Source of the DNA: Antedon mediterranea
Lineage: Eukaryota > Animalia > Echinodermata
Direction: 5' to 3'
DNA: 64,000 nt
Assembly (NCBI RefSeq): GCF_964355755.1
Contig: NC_092678.1
Span: forward strand, 3,612,422-3,676,421
Position 1 is the stretch's first letter; each line of letters opens with the position of its first letter. The notes beneath the pieces are model-generated. The model had not been told where the DNA came from, ran no database searches, and saw only the letters and a program-made list of their open reading frames with translations. Below, in pieces: positions 25,810 to 37,437 of the stretch. Position numbers and translations under genes: made by a program.

Positions 25810-28035
25810 ATTAGTTTCTATCAATGGTAAAACAATATAATAAAAAAGAATGATAATTATGAGAAAATACAAAAAATACCATTAATAGAGGATCTTGCAA
25901 GAAGAGAATACTTGTCACGCAAGACCCATAAACAAAAGAAAAAAATACATTTGTATATAATTATTAAATAAAATTAAAAAGTCATGACAAAAACAGTTTG
26001 AAGGTCTAGTTTGAGTACAATGATAACAACTTTTAAGTTTTTTACGAAAAGTTGGGAGAGAGGAAGCGTTAACAATATTAGTATCTAATTGATTCCAAAT
26101 TAAAGGGCCAGAAACATAAATAAAGTGGGAAGATAGTTAATCTTAACAAAAGGAATAGTTAACTGAAACTTATGAACAGTACTTCTTAAATTATGACCAT
26201 GGTTGAAATCAGCAGTGTTAAATAAATTCATCATGGGAGAAGGAAGATTGTTAGAAAAATATTGAAAGACAAAAGAGGCACTTTGCAATGTATGTATATC
26301 TCCTAACTTCAGTAACTTAAGTTCATAAAATAAAGGTTCAGATGGAGTAATGCAAGACGTAAAAGTAATATTTCTAATAGCACACTTAATCAGCTTATTA
26401 AGTTTATCAAGATGAGATGGATAGTCAGCAGCCCAAATAATGTTACAATAATAAAGATGAGGTAAAATTAAAGAATTATATAATGAAAGAAGGATACGCC
26501 GGGGAAAAGTGTGCTTAAGATTATTTATAATCCCAATTGTTTTAGAAATTTTATTTGCAATATGATTCTGATGACTGGTCCATCTCAAGTTTTCCTGGAA
26601 CATCTTTTCTTCTTTTTCCAGTGCTGTGATGATTATGATATTTAATTAGATCAATATTTATATCTCCCATAATGTGACACTTCTTATTTTCAGAATCAAT
26701 TTTACTTAGAACACTGTCTAGTGATTCAGAAAAATGGTCAATACAACTTCCAGGTGGACGGTATATTATACCGACAACAGTAGATTTTTTTTTATGAATA
26801 GAGATTCATAAGGCAGAGGAAGCAAGATGTCATGTCTGATTTTAACATTTATATCATTATGAAAAAATAAAGCAACACCACCACCAATTCTAGTTGACCT
26901 ATTTTTAGAGAAAAAGTATAGTTATGTATTAAAGGAGGGAGTAGGCGAGTTATCATGTAGCCATGTCTCTGAGAGACCTACTTTAAACTACTGAGAAATC
27001 AATGCTTAAATTGTCTAAAAGACGTATGAGTGGGTCTACTTTAGTTTTAATACTTCTAATGTTCAGATGAAAAGGGGAAAGGCTAGTATTGGAATCATTT
27101 GTGAAGGTTGAATTAAATTTGTCACAATCATAATGAGCAGTTATCAAGAGTAGTTGATCTCGAGTTTAATTGATCGATTAAATCTGCTGACTGCTCATCA
27201 AAATTATCAAGGTTGTGAGTTAACGGATTAAAGTTCGATAGATTTGAAGTTACACTATCAATCATTATACAGTTGAACAATTAATATTATATATAATGTA
27301 CATGACGCAAAAAAATAAATAAAACATAAATAAATAAATATACATACATAATTAATAAAAATATGAATACATTGCAAGTTCATTACAAAGTAAGTATTAA
27401 GGTAGAATATACGATTATATAAAATAGGCCTACACTACGTGTCAATGTGCGATAAATACTTGAATAGCTATTCAAATTACATTCTGATTGCGTCATTAGG
27501 ACTATGCACAATAAGGCATTCCATCTATATACAATGTGCCGTTACGAAAAGGCGGGTGCTTGCCTGCTAGATATGTCTTCGACATTACAGTACATCCTTT
27601 AGTTGATGTTTTTTTTTTCACATCAGATAGGGGTAGGTCTTCCATGACATAAAAGCTTTTTTTCTTTATTTTTTAGTCTTTGATAAGATAGAGAACCTTT
27701 GCGGTCTGTATAGAAATTTCGCTATTATGTGTCTGGGAACTGTTGTTTGCGATCCGGTTTTAGGCCTACCTGTTCTGTGTGCGTTTTCAATGGTAACGCC
27801 TGCTAAGTCAAGTTCATTATCTATTAAATTTGATATTTCATCTATCGGATTTTCTCCTTCTTTTTCTGGGATGCCTCCAAATCTTAGATTGAAACTCCTA
27901 CTATATCTTTCCATTTTGAGTAATTCCTTTTCCAAAACGCTGATTCTGTCACCCTTTTCTTTCAGTTACTCTAGCCTCCAGTCCAGTCACTTCCGTTTTT
28001 ATTTCAGTTTTATTTTCCGAAACAAATTCCAGTGA
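25810..28035 (-). mobile_element. Internally deleted CR1/L2-group LINE
   Basis: ORF1 (MERYSRSFNLRFGGIPE..AHR..IIAKF) at 27666-27935; endonuclease remnants (HLNIRS, GLSETW, GGGVA) at ~26700-27080; ORF2 C-terminus (LYNSLILPHLYYCNIIW) at 26100-26603. Confidence 0.8.
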
Positions 28036-28049
28036 TTTTTCCATAACAG

Positions 28050-28437
28050 ATTGCATGGGTGTTAGCTGCTGAATTTCCTGAAGTGCACTAGAGTTTATGT
28101 CTGTGTCTGTAGCGTAAATAGAGCTGAAGTGCTCCATCCATCGTTTAAGTTGATCTGCAGCTTCGATGAGTATAACACCATTTGAAAGAAGTGGTGCGCT
28201 TTTTTTTTGGAATAGGACCAATTGCTTCCTTTATGCCATTGTATAGGCCATGCAGGTCACCGGTAGTTCAGTAGCGATGTAAAGCATTTCTTGTAAGACG
28301 CTGAACCATGCTCTTTGCTGACTTGTACTGTAATCAGCTTTTGCAGACAAGTGTTTTTCGTCTGCATCTTATCTCTTGCCCTGTTGAAGAGCTGGTAGTA
28401 ATGTTCCAGCATTTTCAATGAACCAACCTTGCTGCCT
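28050..28437 (-). mobile_element. RTE-like LINE fragment
   Basis: APLLSNGVILIEAADQLKRWMEHFSSIY, typical of the RTE ORF linker. Confidence 0.6.
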
Positions 28438-29258
28438 ACATGAACAAATGGACAAAAATTACAAACTTAACATTAACTTTCTTCCTTCGTAAGTTCATAT
28501 ATTAAAGTTAAAAGTATATAGTTTGAAAGTGCATCATTTTTAACATTTTTAAAGATGCCATAATAGTAAACAATTATAATTCATTGCGGTATGTAATAAT
28601 CTATCTGCACCAAAGTGGTTACTGCATAGTAAATACATGGAGGAATCTTTCTACAACTTTTAGTCAGTTGTGTATGGCTCGGTGGTCTGTGCTCGTGTCT
28701 ATGGCACTCAAGTTACCCAGTTCTAGTCTCACATTGGGAAACGAATTTTTATTATCCGTATTGTTTGTTCAATTTTATTTTTTAGTGTATAGATTATACA
28801 CATAATTTATAATGAAATCTATTTAAAAAGTAATTAATGCCTTTCAGTATATACTTATATGTAACAATTTGGTTTATGACATTATACGCAGAGGGATCTT
28901 TGATCGGATTGTTATACCGGCTATTGTATTCCCGTTAGCAAGATCCTATATTATATTATAATAATTAAAGAATCTGAGAAAATCAATCAATCAATATATC
29001 AATTATCTTGATTTAAATTAATGCAAGCCATATAACCTATAATTCGTCATAGTGAAGAATTAAATCTAGTTATTGTTATTATTATTATGGTGACCGAATA
29101 CTGTTTGGATTTTACATTGATTATTTATGTATAATGATATTATATAAACACAGTAGGCAAAGAACATTAATTCTAAACCGCCCGGTGATATACTGAAATT
29201 TTAATTAATTAATTTTGAAACGATAAAGATGAGGAAATCTGTGAGAATGAGAAAAAGT

Positions 29259-29330
29259 CGCCCCAACCGAGACTCGAACTCGGACCGCCTGCTTGATATG
29301 CAGATGTCCTAACCATTAGACGACTGGGGC
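29259..29330 (-). tRNA. tRNA-like gene with anticodon AUC (Asp-like; possible pseudogene or repeat-borne)
   Basis: GCCCCAG TC GTCTAATGGTTAGGAC A TCTGC ATATCAA GCAGG CGGT CCGAG TTCGAGT CTCGG TTGGGGC G folds into a full cloverleaf with A and B boxes, followed by TTTTT. Confidence 0.6.
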
Positions 29331-29627
29331 TTTCATGGTATTGTTCAAACTCGATTGGATAGCGACTCTTTAACATTCTCGATGTGGTACGGCGGAACAG
29401 CACTAGTCCTCAGTTGTACAGTACGCACGCGCACCAGAGATCAAATTGATACGCCCTCATCTTTCAGTATTTTTATTCACGAGGCGGGATCTCCGAAGAG
29501 GTACAGTACTTATATAAACACATCAGGCAATGAACATTAATTCTAAACCGCCCGGTAATATACTGAAATTTAATTAATTAATTTTGAAACGATAAAGATG
29601 AGGAAATCTATGAGAATGAGAAAAAGT

Positions 29628-29699
29628 CGCCCCAACCGAGACTTGAACTCGGACCGCCTGGTTGATATGCAGATGTCCTAACCATTAGACGACTGGGGC
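29628..29699 (-). pseudogene. Second tRNA-like copy with T-loop and anticodon-stem mutations
   Basis: Same sequence as 29259-29330 but TTCAA in the T-loop and a mismatch in the anticodon stem. Confidence 0.6.
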
Positions 29700-31114
29700 T
29701 TTCATGGTATTGTTCAAACTCGATTGGATAGCGACTCTTTAACATTCTCGACGTGGTACGGCGGAACAGCACTAGTCCTCAGTTGTACGCACGCGCACCA
29801 GAGATCAAATTGATACGCCCTCATCTTTCAGAATTTTTATTCACGAGGCGGGATCTCCAAAGAGATACTTATATAAACACATCAGGCAATGAACATTAAT
29901 TCTAAACCGCCCGGTAATATACTGAAATTTAATTAATTAATTTTGAAACGATAAAAATGAGGAAAGCTGTGAGAATGAGAAAAAAATATAAAATATATAA
30001 ATAATAAATGTAAAATCCAAAATCACTTGCACTGATGAAGGGCTAGTGTTGCCAGAAAGCTGCTCTGCTAACTTTTCTGGCTGTTTTACTTTATCGTTTT
30101 GATTTAGTTTTTTGCTTTTTTTTTTTGTCCTCCATTGAGATCCAGCCACTGATGATACCCACAGCATTGTCATTTTGTCAGTAATTTGCCTTTGGATTTA
30201 TAATCTAGGAGAGCAAGACAGGATTTGCAATTCCTGTATAAATGTCTTACTTCTAAAGTTTGATTGTAATCTTGTTTCGTTGTTTTATTTTAATGTTCCT
30301 GTTCGTAATCTTCGTAGTAAACCCTTTCTTCATGTTAAATTTTCTTGTGTCAATGTTTGTAAAAATGGTATTTTCTGTAGACTCTCGTCTTTGTACAATT
30401 TGTCTTTTAAAAAATAATTCTTTAGATATCTTTAACTGTAATTATTATATTGATTGTACCCTCAGCAATCTAGTAAGTACTGTAAATAGTAGTTCTCCGC
30501 CAAGGAGGTATGTAATCGATCGTGTGTGTCTGTTTGTTTGTTAGCAGCAGATACTCAAAAAGTTATTGCAAGATCTAATACCAAAATAAAAATACAGATA
30601 GATACAGTATGTGGTCAACGACAACTCCATTAGATTTTGGAGGCAATCCGGCCCACAGTCCCAATTCTTGACCGCTTTTTAGTATTATTTTCAGACCTGT
30701 TAGTGTTAAAAGATAAAACAGAATTTTCAAAAGCAGACGAGCAGTCTTAAAAAGTAACAATTAAACTGAAATTGCATTTTCCCAAGAACAAAAAAAGGCC
30801 TTCATTTTTGTAAAAGAGGCAAGAGTTATAAGTTGTGATTGGTAATTTTAAAACATAATTTGATTTAATGTACAGGTTTTTTTATATGAGTATTTTCTTT
30901 TCAAATTCACCAGTTTGTATTTGGCGTTCCTGTAGTCAACTAAAAATCCTAACACCCATTTTTTCTCGAATATTTGAAAGCCTCTTAGCGGATAACTAAT
31001 GATATAAAAGATTCTTTAGATAGTAAGCAATTTAGTTGTCGTAGAGGCTCATCAACTTCACACTACCTTGTAGACCTTATAAATTCTGTTGTATCTCACC
31101 TGCAGTTAGTTCAT

Positions 31115-31340
31115 TTTTTTTTTATACTGGGTGACCTCTTCAGTCAAAGACTGATCTCCCAGAGAGCCCAGTTGGTGATCAGTGGCAGTGATGTAATAGG
31201 TTCTTTAAAGTGCACACAAGCAAGTTGTGTACACTGGACCTACGGTTTATAGTCCTTATCCGAGAAGACTCGTTCTACCACCAAAACCATAGAGTGAGTG
31301 AGCTTCGAACTCTTGCCGATGTTATGGCTACCCACTCACA
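31115..31340 (-). mobile_element. tRNA-derived SINE (same family as 38135-38440)
   Basis: Shares gactgatctcccagagagcccag, gtgcaca, agtccttatccgagaagactcgttctaccacca and ttcgaac with the other copies. Confidence 0.75.
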
Positions 31341-31884
31341 GGGGTAGTAAATATTTAAACTTATGTGCTGTAGACTTTACCAAGGCATTATGATCGTGTG
31401 GATCATAATGTTGTCATAAATAAATTAATATCCATAGGAGTGAGGCCGTCCATTCTTCCTACCGTTTGTAGTTTCCTCTTAAATCGCACATGCAACAATA
31501 CCAAAGTTAAGGGAGCCCCTCTTCTAATTCTAATATTACTTGCGGGGTGCCCCAGGGCACGAAGTTGGACCCCCTTTTCTTTTTGGTGTTAGTCAATGAT
31601 GTTGCTGAGGGAACTGACAGACAGTGGAAAAATGTGGACGACCTCACTTTATAGTGAAGTAGTTAAAAGTAATGATAGACAATGACAGACTTGATGATTG
31701 GTGTTTGATAAATAGAGTTCTTCCCAAGCCATCCAAGTGCAATGTGATGTGTATTTCCTTCCTAAAGTCTGACTGTCCTTCTCCCAGTTTCATTCTAAAT
31801 GGCCATGATCTTAAATGTGTAAATCACATCAAACTGCTTGGTGTCACCTTGCAGGATAACCTTAAATGGGATATGCATATTCAT

Positions 31885-32715
31885 ATGGAACGCCGTTTAC
31901 GCAACATTTCGATGATATGAATTTTATGACGCGATATGTGAATGAAATGCATCTATATGAATTAAATGGTGCGATATATGAATGAAATGTTTTGAATTGA
32001 ATGCTTTGAATTGAATATTTTGAATGAAATGTTTTGAATGAAATGTTTTGAATGAAATGTTTTGAATGAAATGTTTTGAATGAAATGTTTTGAATGAAAT
32101 GTTTTAAATGAAATGTTTTGAATGAAATGTTTTGAATGAAATGTTTGAATTGAATTGAAAAGTCAAACTATTGGTGGCGTATGTCATTCTCGCTCGCGAT
32201 TATTTTCTCAACCTCTTAGGCCTAAGCCTGGGTACCCTCATCTCCTTTCTTCCACGCTGCCTTTACAGAGAATCCTAACAGACCTGGGTTCGGAAATATG
32301 TATTCCAATGTTTCAGATCTGTTAGGGAGTCTCTGTAAAGGATTCATATTGATGACAGCGTTGAAAGGAGATGAGGGTACCCATGCTTAGGCCTATTAAG
32401 AGGTTGAAATAAAATCGCGAGCGGGAATGACATACGCCGCCAATAGTTTGACTTTTCAATTCAATTCAAACATTTCATTCAAAACATTTAATTCAAAACA
32501 TTTCATTCAAAACATTTCATTCAAAACATTTTATTCAAAACATTCAATTCAAAACATTTAATTCAAAACATTTCATTCAAAACATTCAATTCAAAGCATT
32601 CAATTCAAAACATTTCATTCATATATCACGCCATTCAATTCATATCGATGCATTTCATTCACATATCGCGTCATAAAATTCATATCATCGAAATGTTGCG
32701 TAAACGGCGTTCCAT
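31885..32715. mobile_element. Foldback element (near-perfect 830-bp palindrome) with 8-bp TSD
   Basis: atattcat|ATGGAACGCCGTTTACGCAACATTTCG ... CGAAATGTTGCGTAAACGGCGTTCCAT|atattcat; arms contain 14-bp (GAATGAAATGTTTT)n arrays. Confidence 0.9.
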
Positions 32716-35233
32716 ATATTCATGATATCATTGCTAAAGCATGTCAACGTTTGTACACTTTGATTATACTTAAGAATGCCAAGGTGCCTTCTAAAGATCT
32801 ACTACAAGTATTTAGTTGAATATGCATGCCCTGTGCGGCACAGTTCAATTATGAAAGACCAAACTAAGTCAATAGAAAGAGTTAAAAAAGAGCTCTACGA
32901 ATCATTTATGGCATGAACTATCCTACGAGTCTGCTCTTAAATTGTAAGACCTTAACAGAAGAGTCCAACTCTTACTGAAATTTGGTAAAGGAATAATAAA
33001 GTCATAAAGATACATTTAGAACCATTCTTCCCCCTGTTCGTGACATAAGCAGAACCCTTCAATCTTATGTCAGAGAATTTTACAGTAGGTTGAGGTATGC
33101 ACTCTTGGAGTGGCTTTCTAGTTTTGTACTGTAACCTGAAACAATTTAATTCATAAAACAAATTTGTCAATAATGCTTTTATTACAGTTTAATTCTAAAC
33201 ACTTCTTACTACACTTCTGGACTAACAAGTAACAAGTAACAAATTGCAATGTTTCAGCATAATTTATGCCATGTTTTGCAATTATTACAGTTTCAAATCG
33301 TTTTCAGTTTTTGCAATAAAACATAAATTAGTAGTTTAGATAGAAAGCAGTAAATTCAAGTTAAACTATAACTGAATCGTTGTGATTAGGGTTTTTAATA
33401 CTAATATAGTATCACTACACGGTCTTTTTCTGCCCTGTGAGGTTATATACTTTGCATGGAAAACAATAAAAGTCTTCCCTGATAAAAGAACTTTGACAAA
33501 TTATTAAAATAAAAACAAATTGTATCAAGAATAAAATTCAGAACTACTGTATTTATGGCGGCCATTGATTTTGTTATACACTATCTCTTCACTTTGAAAT
33601 ATGTAGAATAAAAAATGAAAGCAATACTGGATATGGAACTTTATACTTTACTTTTGACTGTTCTGTTAAAGACGCTAAGAAAAATTTTGCTGTGTGAATT
33701 AGATGATGCGCGCAGACACTAACGAAAGTATAAAATGCCAAATTATATTATTTTGGGTGTTTTTGTGGTTATTAATTATTTGATACATAGGCCTACAGAT
33801 TAAATAAAAAAGTTTAACATAAATCAATGGAAAAATACATTGCTGCGGAAACACGAATTGTTAAGTTGTTTTCATGTTCAACAATATAAAACCATTTGGA
33901 ATCGTTGTTTGTGTGTGTTCATTTTTATTAATTTACATTTTATTTTTATTTCAATGGTTATGATATTTTACAATTTTTTTGTTAACTATTTGCTACTTCT
34001 GTAATTAAATTGTGGTCTATAGTAGTAATATGTAGAATAAGCAGTAACACGATCTTGCCTGCCTTAATAAAAATTTGCATGGGATGAGTAAGTATAAAAG
34101 TGCAATACTGGATATGGGATATGAAAGTGACAACGTGCATGAGAGGTGCATGTTGAAGTATGTCAATCAGACGGCAGATTATAACATTTAATGTTAAAAT
34201 ATGAATATGAAATAATTAGTTATAGAATAATAAAACTACAGCTGCTTACGGACACAAAAACTGTCCGAAATTAAATGTTGCGCTCTGGGTTTTTTTGGGT
34301 GTTGATATGTTGAGGAAACACAACACCCATTTGGATTTGTTTTATTTGTGTATATGTTTAGTATGCAGGAGATACATAAAATACGTGAAAAATATTTATT
34401 AATATACTGTATAGATTACTGTTTTTATTATTAATTGCAGTACTGTTGTTTTAGGCCTCAATATTTTTTCAAAACTATTTAAAAAGTTTTAAATTGTGTA
34501 GTCTCTGAAACAAACACTGATTAGATTGAATCATTACCATTAAATAATTACCAATAATATCATTTAATGAATTCATTAAAATAAAATATGAATGGCTAAT
34601 CTATAAATTTACCTAAGGGCAAAATTTGGTATATCGCACGTTACTTGTAGAATGTTTAATCTCTGGTATATAAAATTAGTTCGTACTTTCAGTACTGATT
34701 TTAACCATCTGATGTAACCCTGTTTACTAATTAAATTGAGTTAGATAATTAGTTATTGACAATTAAAACGAATTTAGGTTTGCCCCATATATGGATGTTT
34801 TCTGATTGTGGTACACTGTCTAATAGATGTCCATCTTGAAAAATACCTGCACACAATAATCTGAGGATGCTTTTGCATTTACCTATCTCCTTCTACGATA
34901 ATTGTTTTTAATAGCTGAAAACCTGTTGAATAGCTCGAGTACAGCATCATAATGTTGAAGACTGGCCGAATTTCTTTAAAAGATACTATTTTGATAGATT
35001 TAATATACGTTTATACAAATGTATTGATTTGCAATGAATGGAACGTTCCAATCTCTCAGTCTCAGTATAATTATTTGGTTTAAGACAAGTAGGTAAATTT
35101 ATGCGTGTCCTTGGGATAACCATTAAACCTTTAGATAGTATTGCAATACTTTGACAATACTGTATTGCAATACTTTGACAATACTGTATATACGTATTAA
35201 CCATTTTTGGTCGCCATTTGAATCGCAAATGTC

Positions 35234-35590
35234 TTACTGTGAGTGTCGGTACTGTTAGATAACACATACAGTATACAGATAAACTGTATTACTGTGAGTG
35301 TGGGTACTGTTAGATAACACATACAGTATACAGATAAACTGTATTACTGTGAGTGTGGGTACTGTTAGATAACACATACAGTATACAGATAAACTGTATT
35401 ACTGTGAGTGTGGGTACTGTTAGATAACACATACAGTATACAGATAAACTGTATTACTGTGAGTGTGGGTACTGTTAGATAACACTCACAGTAATACAGA
35501 TAAACTGTATTACTGTGAGTGTGGGTACAGTAGCCCCTACTGTTAGATACAGTATATAAACACATAATATACAAATAAACTTTATTACTG
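35234..35590. repeat. Minisatellite, ~6 x 55 bp
   Basis: Unit ttactgtgagtgtgggtactgttagataacacatacagtatacagataaactgta. Confidence 0.92.
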
Positions 35591-36376
35591 AACGTTTGTA
35601 TTAATTAATAATTACAAAAAATATAAACTTCGTAATGCTGTGTCGTTTGTACTTTACTATTTCAATCGACTATGACAGTGACAGTTTTAACAAAGTATTA
35701 AATTGCAAATGTTTTAATGTATTTAGTCGTATATTATTTATAGGCCTATAAAAAAATGAAAACATATTTTGTTTAAGTGGTTAAAGAATGTATTTAAAAA
35801 TTGTTCTTCTTTGTACCCATCCTCTTCCCCATCTATCAACCTAAAACACAATTTGGGTTTGTTTAAATGAATTCAAATAAAAAATCTGGACTCATTTTAT
35901 GACAAGTTTCTCTTTCGGAAGTAATTCCCAGGGTGCCATTGTGTCTTTTTATTCGTTTCTATAAACGACAACGTATGTGTATTCGAGAACCATCTGTGGG
36001 CACATCCTAGAAGAATCTATTAATCTATAATTTACACAATGTAAATTGTTTTGCAAGTTGACATTTCTAGTTGTTAAACGGAGTTACTTTTTTTCTTTGA
36101 GGGAATGCTCAATTCAATATAAATTCATAAAATGTTTAATGTGTTCATATACTATTGTGTATTACTTGCCACGATACAAAAATAATTAGGTTGCTAATCA
36201 TTTAATGTGATTACCAAACTAGGACAATACAGTAGGTAGTGTTAAAGAAAAATTAGTAACTTTCGAAACAAGTTAAATTGTTAACCAAACCTCCGAAACA
36301 CCAACATATAAAATGTTCCACTCAATAAATAATTTGCAAATTCTTTTGAAACTTTTTTCTTTTTGTAACCCATTAA

Positions 36377-37214
36377 CCCTTTCACTGCGGAGCATATTTA
36401 AGAAAATAATGTATATTTAAGAAAAACATATGGTATTTTAATAAATTGCAAAAAAATACTAATTAAGATAATTGTGTAATTATTTTTGTGGTGTGTGATG
36501 GGCAAAGGGTTAGTCTACAGTTAGGTATACAAAAAAAAGTAATTTGCATATTGATGACATCATGTGACGTCATTACAGGTATTTTGGATTTCGTGTTTTT
36601 TATCGAATCAATGATAAAAACTATATTTTCTATAAGAAATTCTTATGGAATACGTTTTTCCAACTGGATATTGATGAAGATACGTATAACAAATAAAAAT
36701 ATAAACAAAAATTGAATTATTTTTATTGTTTTTTAAAAATTATGCACAAATCAAAGTTTTGGGGCAAAATCGTGAAAATAATGACATTTTCCAAAAATTC
36801 ACTATAGTACAAAACTAACTATTGTTTCAGAATTTTTTTTTTGCCGTGTTGTGATAAACACAATGTTGCCCTATTGGGGCTGGTAAATTTTGGTTACTTT
36901 CAAAATGGCCGCCATTACGCTACTCAAAACAACTTTCCAAGATAGAATACTATTATATACACTATACTATATATAACTATAACTATAGAGGGCGCATGAT
37001 TTTCAAGACAATAATACAGCTATAGAGGACCGTTTTTTTTGCTGGAAAAATTTTTTAATGACTTGCAAAAATATTCAAGTTCATCGAACAAATATAGAGG
37101 GTGCTATATATTATAGGCAAATACGATTAAATCATTGTTTTGCCCATACCCGGTATTACCGGGTATACGCACTTCAACGACGTTTGTTTATACCGGGTAT
37201 ACGCAGTGAAAGGG
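36377..37214. mobile_element. piggyBac-like non-autonomous element
   Basis: ttaa|CCCTTTCACTGCG ... CGCAGTGAAAGGG|ttaa. Confidence 0.85.
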
Positions 37215-37437
37215 TTAAGGTGAAATCATACAATGATTTTGGACGTGACAGTACAAAGGTTACACCAAGTTTGATTGTGAAAATGACCTTTTAGGAAAGA
37301 AAACTGTATTTACAGTATTACTTGTCTACTCTATGCTCCATTTCAGAAATCTTTGATCTGCCCTGGCGACTCAAATGATTAGTTACTAAATTGAGCCGGG
37401 AAAAATAATTAAATAATTGAATGTTTTCTTTTTAAAG

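Larger units (their letters stand above)
29160..29983. repeat. Tandem repeat of ~360-370 bp units (2.2 copies); each full unit carries a tRNA-like gene
   Basis: gaacattaattctaaaccgcccgg recurs at ~29162, ~29532 and ~29891. Confidence 0.9.
30950..33040 (+). mobile_element. Degraded 5'-truncated LINE RT region hosting a SINE and a foldback element
   Basis: LTPIFSRIFE, DFTKA..DH, G(V)PQGTKLDP, VDDLT, KLLGVTLQDNLKW, with stops and frameshifts. Confidence 0.7.

Noticed and set aside
28438-28488. Candidate first coding exon of FBXO7 (phase-2 donor TC|gtaagt)
   Set aside because: The peptide does not resemble the FBXO7 Ubl N-terminus and it abuts an RTE fragment.
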